Source: Lingula anatina
Lineage: Eukaryota > Animalia > Brachiopoda
Assembly (NCBI GenBank): GCA_051362555.1
Contig: CM120643.1
Coordinates: 13,242,644 to 13,306,643, forward strand
Reading direction: 5' to 3'
Length of the DNA stretch: 64,000 nucleotides
This document shows positions 38,666 to 50,908 of this stretch, in pieces. The notes beneath the pieces are model-generated. The model searched no databases and was not told where the DNA came from. It saw only the letters and a program-made list of their open reading frames with translations. The position numbers and the translations under genes were made by a program. The first letter of the stretch is position 1. Each line of letters opens with the position of its first letter.

Positions 38666-41600
38666 CGGAGTTGTTTTGTTTTTTTCCTTCACTTTTTTTG
38701 GCAGTTATAACAAAAGATTCTTTTTTTTTTTCATTTAACCAAATAGCCTGGTGTTGACAGATCTCGGCAGTCAATTGCTTTGGCAAATGGCAGTTCTGAA
38801 ACCCTCTCACTGAAAGAACTCTGCCATATTATCACCACCTTGGAGTGTTAATTACATTCCTAATTTTTTGGTGGGATCATTTCCTTTTCAGAGAGGAAAT
38901 AGGCTACAGTGATTTTCTTTATCACCTCACAAAAAGGCAACGTAGTTTCTTTGAGCAAGTTCCAGAAGTCAAACAACAAATCAGCAAGTCTGTCCTGCTT
39001 TTAGGCAATTCATCTGCCAAATTAAGTCCTCAAAGGTGTGTTACATCAATTCACTATATAACCATGTATTTTACCATATATTTTTCAGTGCAGAATCATA
39101 TGTAATAGATGTTTGTGTGTCCTCTCTAATGTCAGTAAGCTAAAAAAAAACAATGAAACAAACCAACAATCATTGAGTAATTTCAAACTTCCTAGCTGTC
39201 AGGCGTAATAAGTTCTGCTATTAGGAAGTCAACTCCATAAAAGTGAAACTTCACTGCTACTGTCTTTGCCAACCAAAACCAGGAACTAGGAAGAAAAAAA
39301 CCCAGAAGAATCTGTCACGCTTCACTCCCTGTTGTGACCACTTTACAGTTATGACAGCCAACAACAACAATGCAGTGACTGAAACAATCACGTGAATGCC
39401 ATTAATTTGTCAAATTTCGTTAAAAGCAGCAATATTGTCAATCTTCCTACAATCAAAAGTCCACTTCTTGTCCAGCCAGCTGACCACACTCAAAGTATCT
39501 AGAGTAAAACAAATACAACACTTCCAACACCTGTTGCTTTTGCCTTCTAACTGAATCCTAGAATTCGAATGCTCTGATCCAACAGGTATAAAATAATCAG
39601 CTCTAGTACAGTTTCTACTAAAATGAAATTGGTCAACAAAAACCAATGACATAAGTGTTCTTTCATTTGACCAGATTAACAGAAGGGAAACAAGTAGCTC
39701 TGGTTTTAGAGTTTCACCTGTTCCGCTGACCAATATATCTGTCAACTGGTTAGCTAACAAATGTCACAGTATCTGTGTATGCTGTAACCAAACGATCCCT
39801 CTCAGGTATGCAACAACCAGCAACTTTCTCTCTCTGAACAGTTTTACCACCTGTGTTGCCACCAAACTACTTTCCCAACTGGAAGCATCTTATGGGTCTC
39901 TCCCTCTTTTAAGTAATCCGGCGTGCTGTCACAGAACACAGTCCTTTAACTAAGCATTGTGCTAACTGGTCGTAATCACTGGCTGATTTATAACAGACTG
40001 TCACCACCACTTACATCAGTGTCCCTGCAGTAAAGGTCTGCTCTCTCAGTGCTCCCATAAAAAAAACTCCCTCCAATCACTCTGTCACACACCAGAACTC
40101 TGTAAATCAGAATCCCTACATCACGTGACTTGTGAGTAAAAGAACTCAAGCTCAAACCCAAGCAGGAGTATGTTACTATTTTTTTTTGAGGACTGGGAGT
40201 TGCAAAGATTTGACCTGTCTGCCTGGGATGTAACCTGTCCATGACTTGACGATTAATTCCTCATTACCTTACAATGGTTTTTTTCACTGTTGCTAACCAG
40301 GTTCCCCATTCAAGACAACGCACCAACATTATTTTTCTCAAGTAGGAGGAGAAATTGGGCATGAAACTAGCTATTGTTTATACAAGGTGCCACAAGGCCT
40401 GATAGGGGGCATTAGTATTACAGATTAGTCTTATATCAAATTAAAAGGGGGGAGGGGGGGAGGGGGCAGGAGCTAAGACAAGGATTAATGATGGTCTCCT
40501 GAAAACAGATTGGATTAATTAAAAATCAAGTACAGGTGAGTGAGGATTTGAAGCTTTGTTGTATCATATGTCATTTCAGATGTGTGTTCACAAAAAAATA
40601 ACTGCTGTAAAAAAAAAAAGAGAGAGAGAGAGAATGAGAGAGAGTGGGAAGGAGGAAATTGAAAATGGAAGTTCAAACATGTGAGATTTTATAGCTGTCC
40701 AGGTTGAAAAGGCTCTGCCCATGGTTCAATGCTTGTTTCAAACACTGTTTACACAGTCATACAATACTGAAAATACAGGGAATGGTTGTATATTACAACC
40801 CACTAAACAGTACCAATCTAAGGACCTCCAGGAATCTGTATATATAGGCTGGACTTAAAAGTTACTCCAGACTTGTAACATTTCTATATTTTTCAGGTGG
40901 CATTTACATCACTTGGCCAGGTTGACCATATTAACAGAGGTCAAGAGATCAGCTAAGGTCATACCAGGTCAAAGTAGAGGTCAAAGGTCAGGCCAGGTCA
41001 AGAGGGGGCAAAAGATTTCTTTCTTTTTTTTATTTATTTTTTATTTTTATTTATTTATTTATTTATTTTTTGTAAAACTTCAGAATAAGTTTTCTTCCCT
41101 AAAAGTCATTTTTGACAATCATCTTTCAAAAAATAAAAAATCATAAATCTTAAATGTATCATGTTTCTTAAAAAAGACAAAACTGAAAACATAATTGCTT
41201 CATGTAATGTTTTGCAGAAAACTATTCTTTTTGGTAGTATAAAGCTGCTCAGCATGTTTTGCTGTGCATACATTTATTAAAACAAAAACAAAAAAAAACT
41301 TTTCAAAGCATTCAATATTTAATTTAGCAGAGAGGGTATGGACTGAAAGTATAAATATGCCCATTTATAAATTTATAGATTATACATACCAATTTAATGT
41401 TTACTTTAACTCCTATGAAGAATTCCACTGAAAAATACATTTTCTTGAGTAACAATTTAGGTATATAATATATGGGTAAGGCAATGTTAACAAAAAAAGA
41501 CTTAAAAACAGCAGCCCCATTTTTCTGCACTTAATATCTTCTCCAGGGGCATGTTTATCATTCCTCTAAAAAACACAGGTTGTTTACACTGTCACCATGG

Positions 41601-42040
41601 AAACCCAAGAAAGTGTTTGCATTTTAAATGTGTGAAAAGTCACATAAAAGTTAATGATCCTATTTGTCAGTTTTTGTTTTGTAAATCTCCTGACACATGA
41701 GAGATGAAAATCACTGAAGTTCCAGATGATATATTTCCATAAACACAAAGTGAGTTTTGATACGGTTGACCTCCGATGCAGTTAAGTCACAGCTTCAGCT
41801 TGTTTGACATTTCTGTCAGCTTATGATGTCGCCATTTTTTATGTTATATTACTGGCAAAAATGTGCAAGGTGTGGTCTGCGCCAGAAAAGGAGTCTATAC
41901 ATCTAGTTTACATCTATCGTACAGTCTCCCTTCAAAGTACCTTACAACCCCCTGTAACACATATGCAAAATTATCTTATTCAAGAGTGGTAAATTTTAAG
42001 AAAAGTATACAGCCATTCTCAGCAATTTGACTTATTTTTC

Positions 42041-42089
<49 letters not shown>

Positions 42090-43407
42090 AACATGACTAT
42101 TACACAACACATCCACATATTTTGTTACATAAAATGCTGGCAATCAGTTTTTTTTTCTTCAGGAGACAACATTTAAATATATATATATAAATATTTTATT
42201 CAGAACAGAAGGGGTGGGATGGGGGGGGGGGGGAGAAACAGCCTTACCTATGACAGTATACAGTACCATTCAAAATTTGGCACGGGTAAAGAGAACCAAA
42301 TGCTGTGCACTAGAAGTACCGTGTACCCCGCGACCTCCCGTGAACCATCGAGTTCCAGACTGGTCCGCCCAGTTTTCTGGTTCCGTGTCGTACATGTGCA
42401 AGCAATACAGGTCTTCTATTACTAAAACAATAGCCTGCCGTGGGGTCCCCGACTTGTGAAAGACATCCTAATGGCAGTAGAGGAATTACAAAAGCCTAAT
42501 GGGAAATCTTACTTTCAAGTTCAATTACTAACTGACGGACTCTGGGTACTGTCCAGGTTTTTTTCCCTTAGGATCTGTTTTCTTTGCATTAAAACTAAAT
42601 ATTCTAAAAAAATTAAATTCACATACAAGTTACTTCCATTTTCAAAATAATTTCTATCAATATTAGGAAATTTCACATTCTGTTGCCATTTCTTTTTCAT
42701 TTTCTTCAACAATTTCTAAATCCAATAAACCTCAATGCTTAAATCAACAAATAATATTAATTAATTATATTCATCAGCATTTCACCCATTAGTTATGTGG
42801 CATTTTCAGCATTCAGTGTAGTCTAGACAATATAAATATTCTCTTTGTATTTTCCTTAATTGTTTTTCTATCCTTGGATGAAATCGTAATGATAAAAGAT
42901 GTAAACCAGGACTGCTAAGTCACCCCTATCAGGACACTGCCGCCCAATAATTGGTTTCAAATGAACAATACAAACAATGGTTACGACATTTTGATGGTTA
43001 TTGACTTTAAAATGTTTCAACCTTAGCATGTATGACTTTGACTGGAATTGGAATAATGTCTGGTTTGTGAGGGCCTTTATGTTAAGCTGAACTATCACTA
43101 AAAACAATGGAATTCATTCTAGTCTAGTGTGTACTGGGTGGGACTAGGTGGGGGGGGGGGAGGAAAGGATTTGAGACAGTCCACATATTTCATTGAGTCA
43201 GGCATACTCTTTAATTTTTTCTTAATATATTTCACCACAAGTAATACTATTGTGTATTTTCTGTTCATTAGGCCATAAGGCTGACCAATCACTACAAACA
43301 ATGAAATCCAGTCTGGTATCTGTAAGGATTCTGGAAGGGGGGGGGTATACATGTTGTTACAACAAAACATTTCCTCAGCAGCATTTCATCTAACCTACGG
43401 TATGTAA

Positions 43408-43622
43408 CACCCCATTTCCATAGATTAGATCGACCTACCTTAGATCGACCTAACTCCCTGGGGGTTCACGCTAAATAGCTGTCAGCCGGGCGGACACGAA
43501 AGTTAATTACCCCCTTAAAGCTTGTAGTAGGCGGGACAGACATTTAAGTTGGATTATCTGAAAGTAATCTAGTGAGACTCCCCGCGGGGATAGATCGATC
43601 TAAAATCTATGGGAATAGAGCC
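43408..43622 (-). mobile_element. PIF/Harbinger-like MITE family, copy 3 (inverted relative to copies 1-2)
   Basis: TAA|CACCCCATTTCCATAGA...TCTATGGGAATAGAGCC|TAA; interior is the reverse complement of copy 2. Confidence 0.88.
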
Positions 43623-43661
43623 TAAGTCTCCCCCTCTCACATTCTCATACCCTCCCTCCCT

Positions 43662-43709
<48 letters not shown>

Positions 43710-45048
43710 ATAAACAAAATAATTGTGAACTTTGATTCTTCGAGTCTCAGATTTGTGATTGCGATCACTGAATAAAGGCTTTATGATTTCATAGTGTAAT
43801 TGTAATAAAAAGTTGTTTCCTGTCTAAGCTTCATAAACACACACTGTACCATTGGCTGGTATGGCAGTGACCCACTGTAGAGGGTGGGGAATACCCTCCC
43901 CCCTTCCCAATCCACCATAACCCAAGATTAAAACAGCCTTATCAATAGTCACCAATGTTAAAACAACTCAATCACAAAAAAATTGGAATCAATCAGTCTT
44001 TGACCAATATTACTGTGAGGCTAATGCTATGTTTTCACAAATCACAGATTTTGGGAGGGTATATCACAAGTCTTGTTGATAAATTTACACCAATGAGGTG
44101 GTTCAGTGAAATTCCTAAATATTGTTTTACAACAGATTTTGGACTCTAAAAATGCATCATGCTCTCAAAAACTTGACCTTGTAGTTGTACTATATATTTT
44201 TTATCTTAGATTTGAGTGGTTTACTCATTTGATACCGTTTAATTAATCTTTTTTTGTTAATTTACCCTTGTAAAGTCTATTGCACATTTTAAATAGATTT
44301 TAGACTTAAATAAATGTATTACTTAAATAAAGCAGATCACGAGAAATGCACCAGGTATTCCTTAGTGCCCTCACTGTGGACATAAACAAACATTTGCCAA
44401 GAGGACACAGAATTGCACACACACAACACACACACAAAAAAAAAATTTTTTAAAAACTTTGTTCCAATACCCATCAATACATCAGCTCCAACTAGCATTA
44501 CAAACATAACATGAAAGCAAGCAACTTTTTTGTAAAAATTCTGAAAATAATTTCATTTGACTTGACAGATTTTCAAAACATTTTTTACCAACAAATTAAT
44601 CTGACTAAGCAAACTCATCTTTTTTTTTTTTTTTTTTTTTTGGCAAAAAGAAAAAAAATGTTACTGTGAACCATGGATGCATGCTGTTATGCTTTCAATC
44701 AACTCACAATGGTGAAAATAACAAGCATGCTCTGTGTGAAGACAAATGGGTCACTATTTTGTTTAATGAAACCATAAAACTGACTGCTACATGAAGTCTA
44801 ATGTAAACCTTCACTCTCAACCTGCTGTACATTAGTCTTCCTTAAAGAGCAGAGCAATTCACAGAGACATGTACACAGACTGGGTAGGACATTAAACAAT
44901 GAGCTTACTGCGACCTAGAACTGTTCAACTGTTCGTCCAATGGGGACCATTTGGTCTGCATGACACTGGCCTAGAAGTTTGTTGTTAAACTCATGTTTAT
45001 AAAATCAACTGAAAGCTTAATTAATGGGGATTACCTGAAAAAGGCTAA

Positions 45049-45287
45049 GATTGGGTTCCCATACTTAGATCGATCCATCTGGATTGACCTAACTCCCTAG
45101 GGATTCATGCTAAATTGCTATCAGCTCAAGAGGCTTCAATGTCTGTCATGCCTACCGAATCAGCTAGATAATTACCCCCTAACAGCTTTACTAAGCATGA
45201 CAGACATTAAAGCTGGTTACCTTGATAGCAATTTAGTGAGACTCCCCAGGGACATAGATCGATCCACATATCTGTGGGAATGGTCCC
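45049..45287 (-). mobile_element. PIF/Harbinger-like MITE family, copy 4 (diverged)
   Basis: TAA TSD on both sides; ACCTAACTCCCTAGGGATTCATGCTAAAT and TAGTGAGACTCCCC blocks as in copy 3. Confidence 0.8.
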
Positions 45288-46865
45288 TAAAACAAGGCTG
45301 CCAGTGCTGCAAGACTAGAAAACATGCAAAATTCCATTAAGGTAGAAATTATTTTTCAATAATAAAGGTGAAGCTCATGTACATCAAATTAAAGAATACA
45401 TAAGTGACATGCAAGAGTCCATTGATCTCTGTGGGTTGGGCTGTGAGTGTGCTCACTGATTGCTGTAGAGAAGTACACGGCTGCTACCTGTGAAATGTGC
45501 TGCAGGCCAAACAAAACAAATTACCATCTGACTGTTTCCAGTCAAATATTACAAGCATTGCCTACTACCTTCTTCCTGGGTCACAAAAATATTTTAATAG
45601 ATATTCACAGATATCCACAAGCTGTACATAAAACCAGCTGTGCACTTTTCTATACTGTACTTTACTAGCTGTGCACTTTTCTGTACTGCACATAATACTA
45701 CTAGTAGCTGTGCACATTTTTGTACTGTACTCTTGAAGATGTTCATTTTTCTGTACTGTACTTTACTTTACTGGCTGTGCTTTTCTGTACAACATGTGTC
45801 CTTAGAGAATTCTTGTACAACCCTGACATCATCACTGTCCTTGTTTGTCCTTTGTAATTCTACGTTTTAACACTGTATTCACAGGCATTTTAGAAATTTT
45901 TTCCAATTTATTTGAACTGAGAAAATTTCAGTCATCTCTCATCTTTAAGAGGCTCCGTGTTGTTCTTGAATTTTGAAGTTTTTCGCCTTCTTTACAACTA
46001 CTACACTTTATGTGCTTTAAATATATGACACTTATCTAATATATTACTCTAACTACCCAGTTGTTTTATTTTAATACAATAAATACCAGCTAGCCTATCC
46101 CTCTCAAGCGAAAACATATTTATTCAGACAAAACTACTTGCACCAATTCAATATAATTAGTGAATGCATTATTGTGCTTTTCTAACAACTTATAAAAGCA
46201 GGCTAATTGAAGCCGACATTATTGCTTGTGTACCCTGCCTAAGGAAAAAAAACTCAACCAGGATCTGGAGCACATGATCAGTTTGGAAGGCAAAACAAAT
46301 AACTTCTTCCTGGATGCAGGGAAAGGGGGGCACCATGTGCCTGGATCTGCACTGTTACTCAGCTGCCAGAACTTCCTGAAACCTGCTACTCCAGGGCAGT
46401 TTACACTGGCAAAACTTGCCACAACATGCGCAACCCAGGTTCAAATGATCTAGCAACATATGAACATGTGTTTCAGTTTGCTGCCGATGCTTTGTGAACT
46501 TGGCTGCATTTTCAGTCCAACATAGCAGGCAGGTTTACACTGAGCAGTTGCACACTGATTTCACAATGTGCAACAAGCATTTCGCCTTCATAAGAAAAGA
46601 GAACAGTTGGACTGCATTACATCATGCAGATTATGTTGCAACAAAAAGATACAGTTCTACTTTAGCTGCACGTGTAAATAACACTGCACCCAGAATATAG
46701 ACTTGTAGTTGCATACCAGAAACGACCTTGACTTAACTCACTTTTGCTTACTGTAAATGTGTTTCAAAATACTATTGGCAGGAATGTAGAAATGTACACT
46801 AAATTGTTGGATTATGCAATCATACAAATCGTTAAATTCGAATAAGAATAAACATTAGTAAACAT

Positions 46866-46958
<93 letters not shown>

Positions 46959-47165
46959 AGGGTCGGATTTACTAGTAGGCCATCTTCTGGGTCTTCCAGA
47001 AGATGCTCAGATTTTCTAGTTGACATTGAGGAGTACCTAGTTTTTTTCTGTCGGAAGACGGTCCAAAATGGAGGATGGATCAACGAAGATAATTTGGAAG
47101 ACTGTCAGAATATAACTGTCAGAATATAACCCCTGTACTACTACTACTACTACTATTACTACTGA

Positions 47166-47201
<36 letters not shown>
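46866..47201. repeat. Two (ACT)n tracts (46866-46957, ~47136-47201) bracketing ~180 bp of unique sequence
   Basis: Direct inspection; the insert begins CAGGG and ends CCCTG. Confidence 0.9.
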
Positions 47202-47789
47202 GGAAGCCAAAACGTGATAAGGCATTAAGCTATTATTCCATCAGATGAGGGAGCGTATATGGCGTATATGGCTAGACTAGTTACCAGTCACAACAGGACT
47301 AAAAATGCACCTCAACTTTGTCCTTCAAAGTTCATGTAAACACACCTGAAGTGGAGTAAGGGCAATGTGGTTGTCATTAATTCCTTAATCCACAGTGGGA
47401 GATTAACACCCTCAGATTACATAACCTTAATTACCATATTACTCACACTAAATGAGGGCAGGCTGTGTTTAGTCTATCTTACCTATTTGCTATGGTCTAA
47501 AATTGGATATAAAATGTATTAATAGTGTAACTGACAGAAATATTTGTAACCAGAAAGTTCAACACAAAGAGATTACTGTGGTAATATTTTATTTGATATC
47601 ATAAGTGGCACATTCAGTGTAATAAACTTTCATGCAAATGGTGATCAAGAAATTCTAAGAAACCACACTGATACAAATGCTGGTAAATCTCTGTCTGAAC
47701 ATGAAATGATTAGAATTATCTATAGTCCTGGGAAATTCCCTTTGTGGAAGGGATAATATAATCTATTACATCATACAATGCCTGACTTA

Positions 47790-48046
47790 GGCTTCATTCA
47801 CATGCAATGTCTATTTTCTAAATTCTATTTTCTATTTGCGGTATGTCTTATGATCACGGTCTGTGGCCTGAATATCCCGCCGCGTAATTACTGGCAGCGC
47901 GAGCCAGTTACTATAAGTTACTATAAGTAACTGGCTCGAGCTGCCAGTAATTACGCGGCGGGATATTCAGGGCACAGACCGTGATCATAAGATAGCGCAA
48001 ATAGAAAATAGAAATTAGAAAATAGACATTGCATGTGAACTAAGCC
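47790..48046. mobile_element. Near-perfect foldback (palindromic) element
   Basis: Arms of ~120 bp pair almost completely (TTCACATGCAATGTCTATTTTCTAA...TTAGAAAATAGACATTGCATGTGAA); flanks TTA/TAA; centre holds a duplicated AGTTACTATA. Confidence 0.9.
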
Positions 48047-49124
48047 TAACATATACTGAAGGCAGTGGGGGGTGGTGGGGGGGTGGAGAGAGGAGATACA
48101 GATACAAAAAGGAGAGGTAATATTCTGCATCCACCAGTGATAATATAAAATAACTTCAAACCTCTCACACATTAATTCACAACAAAGTGCTACATCTTAC
48201 TATTGTATCAACTATAGCACATGGGTGTCTCCATATGAAAGTTCTCAAGAACCTTGACTGGAACAATCTACACTGTGTTTTTGAAATACAGGTGTCTCAA
48301 TGGAGGGGGATACACCTGGAGTAAGTGGCAGAAAGCCTTTTTTAATAACCTCTCTCTGCTGGCTGCAAATGCTAAATTTTCTTCACATACACAGGTGGCT
48401 TTTGTTTTTTTGAAAGGGTGCATATAATAAGTCATTGATGGCACTAGTAATGAAGCAGTTTATGGCTATCCTGTGTGCCAAAATAGTCCTACCATCTCAA
48501 AATGAACTACCACTTAATCGTATGGCAGTGTTTTTGAACAGTGTGTGTTTAAGTATAGATAGTAGTCTTTCTCTATATTTGGTACCTGTAGCAGTTATCT
48601 GACAGCTGCTATTACCCAATACTAGTAACACTTTATGCACATCAAATAAAAAATTCTTCATCAATTTTTATATACAGCATTTTTAACTTCAAGTATATAC
48701 AAAATCGAAACATTTCTTCTTCTTCTTAGGAGGGAGGTAATTTACACTTTGAAAACATCTATGTGGAACTCTTGCACTACTCAAAAACAATCTAATGTCT
48801 AATAATACTGATGATTCATGGTCATCTCTTATGGTCTATGTTTTCATAATAATCTACGTTTTCCTTATAGATAAGGATATATACTACGAGAATGATAAAG
48901 AATATTATCTACTATAAGATATCCAGGCCAGCTTATTATTAATTGCATGGGATGCTTAACTTGCTAGATTACCTATTGCTGGAGGGCTCAAAATGAAAGG
49001 GAATTCCCACAGGACATCGATCAGCTGTTGGGCAAAGTGCGGAATCTATTTCGTCCGCTTCCACTGTCTGAACGTGTTTACTAATTTTGGTTATTTGGCA
49101 AGATTGCTTTCGATTCCACCCTAC

Positions 49125-49149
49125 CTTCATTTTCGGAATCGTCACTCAT
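49125..49149 (-). CDS. HNF4: HNF4 candidate alternative first coding exon D (distal)
   Basis: AAGATGA start, MSDDSENE, phase-1 donor GAAG|GTAGG; ~110 nt from the CpG-containing promoter motif cluster. Confidence 0.6.
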
Positions 49150-49260
49150 CTTGTTGTGCGTTTGATCTAGCGTTAGTTGGAGTATCTGTCAGACCAGGGG
49201 ATTCCTGGGGTCAAATTTCACCAACAATTTTACTAGTTGGACTTCTACCTTTGCTTAGAT

Positions 49261-49314
49261 GGGGGCGGATGTGGATGACGTCACGTGACCTGGGTCATGT
49301 GATAACAACTTCCG
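49261..49314. promoter_or_regulatory. Probable bidirectional promoter motif cluster
   Basis: GC box GGGGGCGG 49261-49268, CRE TGACGTCA 49276-49283 overlapping GTCACGTGAC 49280-49289, GTCATGTGA, ETS ACTTCCG 49308-49314; lies between divergent first exons. Confidence 0.7.
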
Positions 49315-50908
49315 TTTCTTCGGTCAACCACGTTTATCATTGTGTTTGTTGTGATCATTTTTATGAATGAAAAAATTAATTGCCTTCTTTCTATGGATCT
49401 TTTGTCTGTTTAACCGTAAATTGATCATTAATAGAATATATTTTAAAGACAAATATTGTGAGCAACTTTAATGAGCTTCACTTACATTGCATAGATTAAC
49501 GTGTTATAATATTAACGTTAATGTTACCCCTCTAACGTCAACTTCTTGGCTCTATTCTGTTGATTATCATTTACAACTGCCTTGATTTATTTTATCGGTA
49601 AGGTCTGTATCAATACAGAATTAATGGTTATATCTTTATTGAAATCATAAAAAAAACATAATGTTTCCAAATTAACGTCACTCACCCCTGAGGCTTACCC
49701 CCACCCCTTACAATAATATTTAATTTTCCGAGGTCACCGAAATGCTACAGTAGTTATGTGCATTTTCTTGGCGCACAGTTTTGAAAACATTTTATACCCA
49801 TTTACTCAAGCTGCGGATTTGAGATTATCAAGACAAAACCAATAACGTTAAATTTCCCAGTCTTCCCCTTGAGACAAAATACTGGATGCTTATGTTAAAA
49901 TATAGATTTTTCATTATATTATGTTGGATTAAAATGGTCAATTTATGATCTTTTTTATTACATGGTGCATATTTCGATCCCAATCACAAACCAGCTTATC
50001 TTGTGTGAAGTATGTTGAAGTGGAGGTACGTTTTTCCTGTATCGCACGTGTGGTTCGAGGTCGAGGTTCGCTGAAGTTTCTCAGTTTATATATTTTTCTA
50101 GGGTCTAGTTTCTTCCGGTGAGTGGGTATAGAGTTATAGAGGCAATGCTCTTTAAATTATATTCTTTAAATTTATTTTAAAGAAAATGCATTTTCACGAA
50201 GGTAACGTACATACTAGTACCAGCTCGAGTTTAAAGGGATAACTGTTCATATGAGATTCATACTTCACAATAAAACATTGTAAACAACTCGTGAGTCATA
50301 GAAATACTATAAATTCCATTTTACCACCAAAACAGAGATTATCACATTTATTTTGGAATCTTTGCTTGGACCTTCATTAGATGGCTATACCGCCGTAGTA
50401 ATCTCCAGATGTTGTTATAGAAAAACTAAGCTTTTTAGAAAAAAAACATGGACTAACTTTGGATGACAGAATGGATTCATTTACCATAAAGTGTGGGACG
50501 TTTAACCCTGGATAATCCATTTTTTCCATTCCATGAACAGTTGTTATCTTTTTAACATTGTATTTGCCACAGTTCATTTGGTTTTACAACTTTTCAAAAC
50601 CTCACCATAACATACTAAGGTTGTGAAGTAATAGTCATGTACTTGTGCATCTATACAGTATACGGTTTACATTAGCAGTACAGTTTAAGTGCCATTGTCT
50701 CTTTCTTTTATTATTATTATTTGTTTGCATTCTGTCTGTTGATCCTCTCCATATAAATTTTGAACTCATCTTATGAAGCTTAGTTACACAACTTTTTTTA
50801 AATCAGAATACAGAATTTGAACGGCCCTAGTGAAACTGTGACATAACTTTTTCATATTTGAAAATGTTCTTATTTCAGTCCTTTTCTGTTGACCTTCTTT
50901 TGACCATC

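Noticed and set aside
42270-42460. CpG-rich patch resembling a tRNA-derived SINE
   Set aside because: No clear A/B boxes, tail or second copy in the window
47037-47225. Poly-Ser/poly-Val ORF
   Set aside because: Product of the (ACT)n microsatellite
48973-49130. Longer minus-strand frame MKVGWNRK... ending at AG|GTAAT
   Set aside because: Phase 2, incompatible with the phase-1 DBD acceptor
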